Assembly: GCA_035604455.1 (NCBI GenBank)
Contig: DATNIM010000100.1
Span: 7,592-71,591, forward strand
Direction of reading: 5' to 3'
DNA: 64,000 nucleotides
Source of the DNA: Gemmatimonadales bacterium
GTDB lineage: Bacteria > Gemmatimonadota > Gemmatimonadetes > Gemmatimonadales > GWC2-71-9
Shown: positions 40,847 through 50,006 of the stretch, one piece after another
Layout of the letters: every line of letters begins with the position of its first letter
Position numbering within the stretch: position 1 is the stretch's first letter
The notes under the pieces: generated by a model
What the model saw: the letters and a program-made list of their open reading frames with translations, nothing else
What the model was told of the DNA's origin: nothing
The model's database searches: none
Program-made: the position numbers and the translations under genes

Positions 40847-42034
40847 ATGAGTTCAGGCCTTTCCCCGAACCTACAGCACCTCGAGACCTCCGCGACGATC
40901 GCCATCTCGCAGGAGGCGAAGCGTCGCAAAGCGGCTGGCGAAGACGTCATCGATCTCGGTGCCGGCGAGCCCGATTTCCCGACGCCTTCGATTCCGGCCG
41001 AGGCCGGGGTCCGAGCCATTCGGGACGGCAAGACGCACTACCCCGCGAACGAAGGGATTCTTGAGCTTCGGGCGGCTGCCGCGCAGCGGCTCTCGCTGTT
41101 GTCCAATGGGCGGGCCGTCAACGCCGACAACATCGTCATCTCCAACGGCTCCAAGCAGTCCTTGTTTAACGTCTGCTTCGCGCTGTTCGGCCCCGGCGAC
41201 GTCGTGGCCATCCCCGCACCTGCATGGGTGTCGTACCCACAGATCATTCACCTGGCCCGGGCGCGCCCTGTGCTCGTGCCTGGCGACGCCGAGTGGGGAC
41301 TGAAGGTGGGGGTGCGGGATCTCGAACGCGTGGTGCCAGGAGCGCAGGGGCTCATCTTGTGCTCCCCCTGCAATCCCACAGGGGCCGTGTACACGCTCGC
41401 CGAGTTGCGGGCGATCGCTCAGTGGGCGGTGGAGCGGAAGGTCTGGGTGATCGCGGACGAGATCTATCGCCGAATCCACTATGGTCCCGGACCCGCACCG
41501 TCCTTCCTCGATCTCCCGGACGAGCTCCTCGAGCGGGTCGTGGTGATCTACGGTGTGAGCAAGGCGTATGCGATGACGGGTTGGAGGATCGGAATCGCGC
41601 TCGCGCCCTCGAAGATCGCGAAAGCCATGGCGGCGCTCCAATCCCACACGACGACGGGGGCGAACCATCCCGCCCAGTATGCGGCGGCCGCCGCGCTCGG
41701 AGACGAGCGCGTGGAGCAGGACGTGTCACGGATGGTGAGCGAGTTCCGGAAGCGACGCGAACTCGTCGTCGAACGGTTCCGGCGAGACCTGCCGGGCGTC
41801 GAGTTCGTCGACCCGCTTGGGGCCTTCTACTTCTTCTTCCGCGTCGACTCCCTCGGCGCCCTGAGCGGCACTGAGTTTTGTACGCAGCTCATCACCAACA
41901 CGGGCGTGGCCCTGGTCCCGGGCGCCGCGTTCGGCGACGATCGCTACGTGCGGCTCTCCTACGCCGCTGCCACCGCGGATCTTGAGCGCGCCCTGGATCG
42001 CATCGTGGGGTTCGCGAAAAAGCTCGGCGACTAG
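40847..42034 (+). CDS. aspC: class-I pyridoxal-phosphate aminotransferase (aspartate aminotransferase type)
   Basis: 395 aa with DLGAGEPDFPTP, NPTGAVY, and the PLP-lysine motif YGVSKAYAMTGWRIG. Confidence 0.85.
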   Translation: MSSGLSPNLQHLETSATIAISQEAKRRKAAGEDVIDLGAGEPDFPTPSIPAEAGVRAIRDGKTHYPANEGILELRAAAAQRLSLLSNGRAVNADNIVISNGSKQSLFNVCFALFGPGDVVAIPAPAWVSYPQIIHLARARPVLVPGDAEWGLKVGVRDLERVVPGAQGLILCSPCNPTGAVYTLAELRAIAQWAVERKVWVIADEIYRRIHYGPGPAPSFLDLPDELLERVVVIYGVSKAYAMTGWRIGIALAPSKIAKAMAALQSHTTTGANHPAQYAAAAALGDERVEQDVSRMVSEFRKRRELVVERFRRDLPGVEFVDPLGAFYFFFRVDSLGALSGTEFCTQLITNTGVALVPGAAFGDDRYVRLSYAAATADLERALDRIVGFAKKLGD

Positions 42035-42125
42035 CCGTCGGGCCACTGCGCGTCACGCTGGCCGCGCTTCCCGGGGGCGTCTATATTTGGCGCCCTCGCG
42101 AATCTCCCGGAAGGTTTGCCTCCCG

Positions 42126-42638
42126 ATGAATTTCGAAACGCGCATCGAGCCGCTCCAGGGTGCCCTCCCCAAGGTCAGTTATCGCTGGGACCCCGAGACC
42201 GACATCCTCTCCGTGGCGTGCAAGGGGGGGACGGCTGCAGACGGGTTGACAGGCACCGTCGATCTGGAGGGCGCGGACGGGTCGTTCGTGGTCATCGACG
42301 TAGCGGGCGGATGCGTGCACGGCGTGGACGTGGTCTCCTGGCCCGATGATGTCCGCACGGTGGACCTCGAGACGCCGGCCGCCGCCAAGGAAGGCCGCGT
42401 CGTCTTCCCCACACGTCGTTCCCAGCCCGGGGTGGCCGCCGTCGAGGTGGACGCGTCGCTCACAGTCGAGAAGGACCAAGCCGAGTCCGTCTTCCATCTG
42501 CGCATCGGTCGAACCCGGGCCGTCACTGTGGTCCGGGTCGGCGACCGACTGCTTCTCGAGGTGGACAAGCAGTCGCGCCTCGCGGGCCTGTGGTTCCTCG
42601 ACGTGCCGCCGTTCCCCAACGTCGAGGCCACCGGCTGA
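42126..42638 (+). CDS. hypothetical protein (two DUF2283-like halves)
   Basis: Trimmed to ATG 42126 (MNFETRIEPL..). YRWDPETDILSVACKG..FVVIDVAGGCVHGVDVV and a second ..LLLEVDKQSRLAGLWFLDV half recall the small DUF2283 fold. Confidence 0.4.
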   Translation: MNFETRIEPLQGALPKVSYRWDPETDILSVACKGGTAADGLTGTVDLEGADGSFVVIDVAGGCVHGVDVVSWPDDVRTVDLETPAAAKEGRVVFPTRRSQPGVAAVEVDASLTVEKDQAESVFHLRIGRTRAVTVVRVGDRLLLEVDKQSRLAGLWFLDVPPFPNVEATG

Positions 42639-42654
42639 CCTTACGGCCGCGTTT

Positions 42655-43380
42655 GTGAACGACCCTTTGCCGCGGCTGAGCGGCGCGTCGGAGCCCGTGA
42701 AGTACGACCTCCTCGTCGAGCGGGTCCCCAACGTGTGGTGGGGCGATGCCGGCCCCCTCGTCGGCCTCCATGAGCTGAACACCGTGCGGGTCGAGTACTT
42801 TCGGAGCGCGTTGGGAGGATTCGGCGGCAAGCGGGTTCTGGACATTGGGTGCGGCGGCGGGATTCTCGCCGAGGCGCTCGCCCGGGAAGGCGCCCTGATC
42901 ACCGGAATCGACCCGTCTGAACGCACCGTGGGCGTGGCCCGCGAGCACGCGGCGCGCTCCAAATTGTCGATCGACTACCGAGTGGCGACGGCGGAATCGG
43001 TGGACGAGACGGCGTTCGCAGCCCCGTTTGATGTCGTTTTTGCGGTGGATGTCCTGGAGCACGTCGAGGACCTCGACCGCAGTCTGGAGAACATCGCCGG
43101 GCTGCTTGGCCCCGGGGGGGCGCTCGGGTTTCTCACGCACAACCGGACGCTCGCCGCGTTCCTCCAGCTCATCTGGGATGAGGAGTACGTGCGCCACTCG
43201 ATGCCCGAGGGCTTCCACGATTTCCGCCGCTTCATCACGCCGGTCGAGCTCACGGAGAAGTTGGAGAGCCTTGGGATGGTCGTTCAAGACGTGAAGGGTA
43301 TCGCGCGAGACGCGGACCGCCGCGTGGTCGTCGACGACACCACCGTCACGTATATCGGCTGGGCTCTGCGCACGCGTTAG
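42655..43380 (+). CDS. class-I SAM-dependent methyltransferase (UbiG-like)
   Basis: Trimmed to GTG 42655. VLDIGCGGGILAEALAREGALITGIDPS (motif I), FDVVFAVDVLEHVED, LLGPGGAL. Confidence 0.7.
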   Translation: MNDPLPRLSGASEPVKYDLLVERVPNVWWGDAGPLVGLHELNTVRVEYFRSALGGFGGKRVLDIGCGGGILAEALAREGALITGIDPSERTVGVAREHAARSKLSIDYRVATAESVDETAFAAPFDVVFAVDVLEHVEDLDRSLENIAGLLGPGGALGFLTHNRTLAAFLQLIWDEEYVRHSMPEGFHDFRRFITPVELTEKLESLGMVVQDVKGIARDADRRVVVDDTTVTYIGWALRTR

Positions 43381-43476
43381 CCCCGCTCGCAGCCGTCTTC
43401 CCGCTTACCTTAATGACACGTCGATGAACACTTGTTCGGCTCCGTTACCCCCAGCGCGCTCGCCGGGGCCGCGCCG

Positions 43477-45402
43477 ATGACGTCCACACGACCCGCTCGG
43501 GTCGGCCACGTTGTCGCCACGGAACGCAGGCCCGCGACGCCCCATCAGTTCCAGTTCTGGACCGCGACGACGACACCCGTCGGCATTGGCGCCATTGTGC
43601 GGGTCGACGCCGAGGCTGCGGGGGTTCCGCCCCGCACGGTCTACGGCGTCGTGACCGACGGCTCGGCCTACACGCGCGAGACGTCGGAAGGCGTGATCCC
43701 GGGCGCGGACTCGCCCGGTCCCGCGCGCGAGGTGTGGATCTGGACCGCCGCCGTCCTCCGCCAGGAGCCGGCCGAGCCCCTCCAACCCGTGCCCATCGGG
43801 CCGGTGTTCGTGGCGGACGACGCGGATGTCATGCGCGCGCTGCGCATGGAAGCCTACGTCGGGGGTGCCCGACCGAGCGGGATTCCGATCGGCCTGTACA
43901 CGGCGGGCGGCCTCGAAGCGCCCGTGTGCGTGGACGCAGAATTCCTGCTCGGTCCGGAGGCTGCGCACCTGAACATCTCCGGCGTCTCGGGGCTCGCCAC
44001 CAAGACGAGCGCGGTCGAGTTCGTGCTCGCGTCGGTGTTCCAGCATTTTCCGGCCCACAAGGGCCGAGTGGCGGCCGTGTGCTTCAACGTGAAGGGGCCG
44101 GACCTGTGCTTCCTCGACCGCGCGGGCCCGCTCGATGACGCCGACCGTCGCCGCTACGCACGCCTCGGCGTCACCCCCGAGCCGTTCGCACGCGTCCGCT
44201 ACTACGCGCCCTTCAAGGCCGACGGCGTCAATCTCAATACCCTGCGGACACACCCCGACCTTGTGGGGGCCGTGGCGCCACTCGTGTGGGGCTTGGCGGA
44301 AGTCCTCGCCTTCGCCGAGGTCTTGTTGAATCGGGACGACATCGACGCCAAGGCCGACGCGTTCATCGACTTCCTCGCAGACCGCGTCGTCGGCCAGCAG
44401 TTCGACGACGGCTTCGGGCGCGTGCATCGGGTGCAGACGTTCGCCGACCTGGAGGCGCTCTTCCGATCCATCTTCGACGGCGTCGAAGCGAGCAGCCGCG
44501 CCGACGTGTGGCGGACGCATCACATCGCGACGATCCGCAAGGTCCGGAACCGGCTCTCCAACGTGTCGACCCGCTGCAAGGGGCTCGTGACCGACGACGG
44601 CCCGTCGAGCGACCTCCCGTGGGGGGCGTTCGAGGACCGCACGGTCTACGTGATCGACCTCGCCAACGTCGATCCGCTGGGTCAAGACCTCGTGTTCGCG
44701 CGGGTAGTGTCCGAATTGCGGGAGCACCTGGAGCGGCGGGACCTGGGCGTCGACGCGGTCGTCGTCTTTGCCGACGAACTGAACAAGTACGCGCCGGCCG
44801 ACGAACCGGAGTCGTACGTGACCAAGATGCTGCTGGACATCTCCGAACGGGGTCGCTATCTGGGGCTCGTGCTGTTCGGCGCCGAGCAGTTTCGCTCCCA
44901 GGTGCACCGCCGGGTCAGCGGCAATGCCGCCACGACGCTGTTCGGCCGGATGGACTACGACGAGCTCGCGACGCCCGGCTATCAGGTGCTGTCACCGGCC
45001 ACGAAGGTCAAGCTGGCCACGCTGCCGGTGGGTGAGCTCATGGTGCGCCACCCCCATTTCACGCACCCCGTATTCGTCCAGTTTCCCCGGCCGGCCGTGC
45101 TCCGCGGCCGGGACGGAGTGGAGCGCTTCCCCCCGGCTCCGGACCTCGCCTTCGAGGACGCGGTGGTGCGGCAGCTCGTGCGCTTGGACCGGGGCATTCG
45201 GCCGAACCACGTGAAGGACCTGATCGCGGACCGCGCCCCGGATGACGTCCGGCGGGCGCTCGGCGCGGCCCGGCGCGCCGGCGCGAGCGATCCGCTCGCC
45301 GTGTTCAGTCGCGAGCTCGGGAGGCGGGTGGTCAGGGAGGCCGGGCGTCCGCGCATCGACCCGGTGCCCCCGCTCGCCCCGATTTCGGACGAACCCTACT
45401 GA
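43477..45402 (+). CDS. HerA-like (FtsK/HerA-clade) ATPase with N-terminal barrel domain and a deviant P-loop
   Basis: Start set at ATG 43477 (MTSTRPARVGHVV..). The barrel-like N-terminus is VGHVVATERRPATPHQFQFW..VGIGAIVRVD. The P-loop-like segment is GVSGLATKTS (43981-44010) and the Walker B is VVVFADELNKYAP. The genomic context is Mre11/Rad50. Confidence 0.6.
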   Translation: MTSTRPARVGHVVATERRPATPHQFQFWTATTTPVGIGAIVRVDAEAAGVPPRTVYGVVTDGSAYTRETSEGVIPGADSPGPAREVWIWTAAVLRQEPAEPLQPVPIGPVFVADDADVMRALRMEAYVGGARPSGIPIGLYTAGGLEAPVCVDAEFLLGPEAAHLNISGVSGLATKTSAVEFVLASVFQHFPAHKGRVAAVCFNVKGPDLCFLDRAGPLDDADRRRYARLGVTPEPFARVRYYAPFKADGVNLNTLRTHPDLVGAVAPLVWGLAEVLAFAEVLLNRDDIDAKADAFIDFLADRVVGQQFDDGFGRVHRVQTFADLEALFRSIFDGVEASSRADVWRTHHIATIRKVRNRLSNVSTRCKGLVTDDGPSSDLPWGAFEDRTVYVIDLANVDPLGQDLVFARVVSELREHLERRDLGVDAVVVFADELNKYAPADEPESYVTKMLLDISERGRYLGLVLFGAEQFRSQVHRRVSGNAATTLFGRMDYDELATPGYQVLSPATKVKLATLPVGELMVRHPHFTHPVFVQFPRPAVLRGRDGVERFPPAPDLAFEDAVVRQLVRLDRGIRPNHVKDLIADRAPDDVRRALGAARRAGASDPLAVFSRELGRRVVREAGRPRIDPVPPLAPISDEPY

Positions 45403-45442
45403 GGATCTCGACCCACGGCGCTCGATCTGTGAGTTCGCGCAA

Positions 45443-46615
45443 GTGAAAATCGCCCACCTCGCCGACCTGCACCTCGGCTTCCGGCAGTTCGACCGGCAAA
45501 CCCCCCGCGGCGGCAATCAGCGCGAAGCGGACGTCGCCGAGGTGTTTCGCCGGGCGGTAGACGACGTCATCGCGCAGCGCCCGGACCTGATCCTTTGCGC
45601 CGGCGACATCTTTCACTCCGTCCGACCGCCCAACCCGGCCATTCTCTTTCTGTTCCAGCAGATCCAGCGCCTGCGGGCGAGCCTGCCCGCGACGCCGATC
45701 GTGATGATCGCCGGCGAGCACGACACCCCGCGCTCGGCCGACACGGTCACGATCCTGCGTCTCTATGAGGCGCTGGGGGTCGAAGTCGCGGCCGATGAAG
45801 CCCGGCGTCTCAACTTCCCGGCGCTCGACTGCTCGGTGCTCGCGGTTCCGCACCAGGCCCTCGCGCGCGCCGACCGGCCTGCGCTCAGGCCCCAGGGCGG
45901 GACCACCTTCAACATCCTCGTTGCGCACGGGGACCTGCCGGGCCTTGGTGAAGAACGCGGTACCACGGAGTACGGCGGTGCCGCGCTGACCATGGCCGAG
46001 CTCGGCGCTGCGCAGTGGGACTACGTGGCGCTCGGGCACTATCACGTCGCCCATCAGGTGGAGGCCAACACGTGGTACGCCGGCAGCCTCGAGTACGTCA
46101 CGCCGAACCCTTGGGGGCAGCTGCAGGACGAAAAAGAGTACGGGGTTGCGGGGAAGGGCTATCTCCTCGTGCATCTCCCCGGGGCGCGCGTCGAATGGCG
46201 ACGCGTCGCCCTGGCGCGCCGTCACATCGATCTGCCGTTCATCGAGGGAAAGGGCCTGCCTCCGGGCGAGCTCGACCACCGGATCGCGTCGGCCGTAGCG
46301 GCCGCCCAGCCGGCGATTGACGGTCAAGTGGTGCGGCAGCTCGTCTTCGACGTCACTCGCGACACCGCCAGAGACTTGGATCACGCGCTGATCCGTGCCT
46401 ACAAGGCGCGGGCGCTTCACTTCCAGCTCGACCTGCGGCGTCCGGCTGACACCCCGGGCGCCGCGGCGGCGGTCGCGAGCAGGCGGCAACCGCTACCCGT
46501 CCTGGTGCGCGAGTTCCTCGAGCACCGGCCACTCGACGCGGACATCGATCGGGCGGAGTTCACCGCGCTCGGCGTGGAGTATGTCGAGCGTGCCGGGCGC
46601 GAGGACGTGGGCTGA
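45443..46615 (+). CDS. sbcD: Mre11/SbcD-family nuclease (calcineurin-like phosphoesterase)
   Basis: Trimmed to GTG 45443 (VKIAHLADLHLG). The phosphoesterase motifs DLH, GDIFH, AGEHD, VAHG and ALGHYH are all present. Confidence 0.8.
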   Translation: MKIAHLADLHLGFRQFDRQTPRGGNQREADVAEVFRRAVDDVIAQRPDLILCAGDIFHSVRPPNPAILFLFQQIQRLRASLPATPIVMIAGEHDTPRSADTVTILRLYEALGVEVAADEARRLNFPALDCSVLAVPHQALARADRPALRPQGGTTFNILVAHGDLPGLGEERGTTEYGGAALTMAELGAAQWDYVALGHYHVAHQVEANTWYAGSLEYVTPNPWGQLQDEKEYGVAGKGYLLVHLPGARVEWRRVALARRHIDLPFIEGKGLPPGELDHRIASAVAAAQPAIDGQVVRQLVFDVTRDTARDLDHALIRAYKARALHFQLDLRRPADTPGAAAAVASRRQPLPVLVREFLEHRPLDADIDRAEFTALGVEYVERAGREDVG

Positions 46616-49044
46616 TGGAGCTGCATCGCCTTCGGCTCGTCAATTTCCGCCAGCACGAGCGCACCGAGCTCGAGTTCGGCCCTGGGATCACCGGGATCAT
46701 CGGGCCCAACGGATCCGGGAAGACGACGATCCTCGAAGGGATCGCGTGGGCCTTGTATGGCGCCCAGGCCGTCCGCGGGGACAGGGATTCCATTCGGCGC
46801 TTGACCGCACCCGGGCGGGCCAACGTCGAAGTGGAGCTCGAATTCCGCCTGGGGGCGCACGAGTACCGGGTCGTCCGGACGCTGTCGAGCGCCACGCTCC
46901 ATCAGGACGGCGGGCTCGTCGCGAACTCGCTCAAGGTCGTCACCGACAAGCTCGAGCGCAGCCTCGGTATGACGCACGCCGAGTTCTTCAACACCTACTT
47001 CACGAGCCAGAAGGAGTTGAAAGTCATGGCCGGGCTGCGCCGCTCGGAGCGCGCGGCGTTCCTGTCCCAGGTGCTGGGCTATGAGCGCCTGCGGCTTGCC
47101 CAGGATGCGGTCCGCGAGGAGCGCAACACGCTCGCGGCCGAGCTCCGCGCGCTCGAGGCGGCGTTGCCCGATTCGGAAGCACTCGCGGCCGCTCGCCGGG
47201 ACGCCGAGGCGCGGTTAGCCGCCGCGCACCGCGCGGTCGAGGGCGCGGAGGCCGCGCGCAAGGCCGCCCAGGACGCCGTCCGCCGGGAGGAACCGCGCTG
47301 GCAGGAATGGGTCGCCCGCCGCGAGCGCACTTTGTCCCTCGACGGGGAACGACGAATGGCCCTCCAGGCGGTGGAGCTGCGGCGGCAGGACTTCCAGCGG
47401 CTTGATCGAGAGCTGGCCGAGGCGCTTCAGGCGCGCGAGCAGTGGAAGCGCGTGACCGCGGAGCTGAGCCCCCTCGGGCGGCTGCGTCAGGAGCTGGTCG
47501 CACTCGAGCAGCTGCAGCGGGACGCGTCGGCCCGGCGCGCGGAGCTCGCGCAGCTCGACGAGCTCGCCCTCACGGTCACCCATCTCGAGCGGCGCCTCAG
47601 CGAGTTGGCCGACACGGGCACGGCGCTCGAGGCGGCGGAACGGGATGCCGGGGCGCTGGCGGAGGCACTCGAGGCGGCGGAGCTTACGGCGGAAGAGGAG
47701 CGGGGGACCTGGGTCCGAGAACGCGAGTATGCGAAGAACCGGCGGACCGAGCTCTTGCGTCAGTACGACGAGGTGAAGGAGCAACGCGACAAGATCGCCC
47801 AGCTCGGCCCCGAGGGCGAATGCCCGACCTGCCGGCGCCCCCTCGGCGTCGAACACGACGCGGTGCTCGGCATCCTCGACCGGCAGTTGCAGGCGATCGT
47901 GGACGACGGGAAGTACTTTCGCCAGCGGGTCGAGCAGCTCGCCGACACGCCGGCCGCGGTCGTGGCGGCCGACCGGCGGCGCGACGCCTTGCGGGAAGAC
48001 AGTCGGCGCGTGATTGCCCGAGCGGGTGAGGTCCGCGCGCAAGCTGAGGAGGGGACCCGCGCGACCAACGAGCTCGGCACGGCTCGAACGCGCGCGGCGG
48101 CGCTCGAGCGTCAGGTGGCGACGAGACCGTCCGGCTACGACGCGGACCGACACGACGCGGTGCGGGCTGACCTCGTCAAGCTTGAGCCTGTGGCGCTGGA
48201 GGCTGCTGCCCTGGAGGAGCGCGCCCAGCGCGCCGAGGGTCTGGTGACGGAGGCGGAGCTCGCCGAGCGCACGCTGTCGCAGGCGGAGCAGCGGGTCCGC
48301 ACTCTCAGCGACGCCCTGGCCGCGGAAGGATTCTCCGAGGAGCGATATCGCTTGGCGAAGGATCGCTATGATCGCGCGCTCGGCACGCTCCGCGAAGCGG
48401 AGCTCGCGCTCGTCGAGGTGCGCGGCGAATGGACGCGCGCCGAGAGCGACGTGGCGGACGCGGGCCGGCGCGCGGAGGCCCGCGCGGCGCAGGAGCGCTA
48501 CGCCACGGCGCGTCGGATGCGCCTGCGGTTGCACAACGACCTCGATCGCGCGTTTTCGGACCTCCGCGCTGAGCTGAACGCGGCGATGCGCCCGGAGATC
48601 GGCGAGCTGGGCTCGAGCTTTCTCGCGGATCTGACGGATGGTCGCTACGACGAGCTCGAGCTGAACGAGGACTACGACATTACAGTCGTCGCGGACGGCG
48701 TCCCGAAGCCCGTCATCTCCGGCGGAGAAGAGGACCTTGCGAATCTGGTGCTGCGCCTGGCGATCTCGCAGATGATTGCTGAGCGCGCGGGGCAGCCCCT
48801 CTCGCTGCTCGTGCTCGACGAGATTTTCGGCTCGCTCGACGAGGTGCGGCGCCAGCACGTCGTTGGGCTGCTACGGCGGCTCGCCGACCGTTTTCCGCAA
48901 GTCATTCTCATTACCCACATCGAGCAGGTACGCGACGGTGTCGACCGCGTCTTCCGCGTGACCTACGACTCGGCGCGCGGGACGAGTGTGGTCCAGGACG
49001 ATCCAGTCGTCCCAGGAGCAGCGGATGCGGGCGTGGCTGCCTGA
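46615..49044 (+). CDS. sbcC: Rad50/SbcC-family SMC-like ATPase with CxxC zinc hook
   Basis: The ATG overlaps the sbcD stop (TGATG). Walker A GPNGSGKTT, long Ala/Glu/Arg coiled coil, central CPTCRRP hook (47821-47832 for CPTC), signature ISGGEEDL, Walker B LLVLDEIFGSLD, and an H-loop LITH. Confidence 0.85.
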   Translation: MELHRLRLVNFRQHERTELEFGPGITGIIGPNGSGKTTILEGIAWALYGAQAVRGDRDSIRRLTAPGRANVEVELEFRLGAHEYRVVRTLSSATLHQDGGLVANSLKVVTDKLERSLGMTHAEFFNTYFTSQKELKVMAGLRRSERAAFLSQVLGYERLRLAQDAVREERNTLAAELRALEAALPDSEALAAARRDAEARLAAAHRAVEGAEAARKAAQDAVRREEPRWQEWVARRERTLSLDGERRMALQAVELRRQDFQRLDRELAEALQAREQWKRVTAELSPLGRLRQELVALEQLQRDASARRAELAQLDELALTVTHLERRLSELADTGTALEAAERDAGALAEALEAAELTAEEERGTWVREREYAKNRRTELLRQYDEVKEQRDKIAQLGPEGECPTCRRPLGVEHDAVLGILDRQLQAIVDDGKYFRQRVEQLADTPAAVVAADRRRDALREDSRRVIARAGEVRAQAEEGTRATNELGTARTRAAALERQVATRPSGYDADRHDAVRADLVKLEPVALEAAALEERAQRAEGLVTEAELAERTLSQAEQRVRTLSDALAAEGFSEERYRLAKDRYDRALGTLREAELALVEVRGEWTRAESDVADAGRRAEARAAQERYATARRMRLRLHNDLDRAFSDLRAELNAAMRPEIGELGSSFLADLTDGRYDELELNEDYDITVVADGVPKPVISGGEEDLANLVLRLAISQMIAERAGQPLSLLVLDEIFGSLDEVRRQHVVGLLRRLADRFPQVILITHIEQVRDGVDRVFRVTYDSARGTSVVQDDPVVPGAADAGVAA

Positions 49045-49993
49045 GCGTCACGTGGTCGGGCCCGAGCGCCCGGGCGACGCCGATATCGAACCGTTGAACC
49101 GCGTGTTCGCAGACGCGTTTACGGACCGCTACCGGCGAGACGGCCTGGTCGGCGTTCGAGTGCCGCAGCTCAATCCGGAGGTCTGGCGCTACGCCCTGCT
49201 CGACGCGGGCGACGGGGCGATGATCTGGCGGGACGAGGCTGGCCAGGTGGCGGCGTTCAACATCGCGCATCGCTCGGGGTCGGAGGGATGGATGGGGCCG
49301 CTCGCCGTCCGCCCCGACCGCCAGGGCGCCGGGACCGGCAAGCTGATCGTGCAGGCGGCGGTCGATTGGCTCATCGCGCGCGGCGCCTCGACCATCGGGC
49401 TTGAGACCATGCCCCGCACGGTCGAGAACATCGGGTTCTACGCTCGCCTCGGGTTCCTCCCCGGGCATCTCACGGTGACCATGACCAGGGACATCGGCGC
49501 GCGCGGCCACCCGCTGCCTGCCTTGTTATCGCAGCGTGGACGGGATGCGCACCAGGCAGCGGCGCTGGCGGCGAGCAGGCTCGTGACCGAGCTCGTGCCC
49601 GGACCGGACTTTACGCGAGAGATCCTGCTCACGGCCGAACTCGCGCTCGGCGACACCACGCTCGTGGACGGGCCGAACGGCCTCGACGCGGTGGTGCTGT
49701 GGCATTCGGTGCCGCTCGCCGAGGGCCGGCCGCGGGACGAGTTGCGCGTCCTCAAACTGGCGGCCCGCGACGAACAGGCCCTCGTCGCGGCGCTCGCCGC
49801 CACCGAGGGCGCGGCGGCCGGCGCGGGCATTCGCCGGGTCGCGGTGCGCTGCCAGACGCGCTCCGCCGGCGCGTTCCGCGTCCTGGTCGAACGTGGGTAC
49901 CGCGTCCGCTGGACCGATCTCCGCATGACGCTTGAGGGCTACCCCGAGCCCGAACCGCGAGACGGGGTCGTCTTTTCGAACTGGGAGATATGA
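49025..49993 (+). CDS. GNAT-family N-acetyltransferase with a second GNAT-like C-terminal domain
   Basis: Trimmed to ATG 49025 (MRAWLPER..), overlapping the Rad50-like gene by 20 nt. GPLAVRPDRQGAGTGKLIVQAAVDWL is the acetyl-CoA (Q/RxxGxG/A) motif. The C-terminal half (..RRVAVRCQTRSAGAFRVLVERGYRV..) looks like a degenerate second GNAT. Confidence 0.65.
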   Translation: MRAWLPERHVVGPERPGDADIEPLNRVFADAFTDRYRRDGLVGVRVPQLNPEVWRYALLDAGDGAMIWRDEAGQVAAFNIAHRSGSEGWMGPLAVRPDRQGAGTGKLIVQAAVDWLIARGASTIGLETMPRTVENIGFYARLGFLPGHLTVTMTRDIGARGHPLPALLSQRGRDAHQAAALAASRLVTELVPGPDFTREILLTAELALGDTTLVDGPNGLDAVVLWHSVPLAEGRPRDELRVLKLAARDEQALVAALAATEGAAAGAGIRRVAVRCQTRSAGAFRVLVERGYRVRWTDLRMTLEGYPEPEPRDGVVFSNWEI

Positions 49994-50006
49994 GTCGGAT
50001 CCAGGT

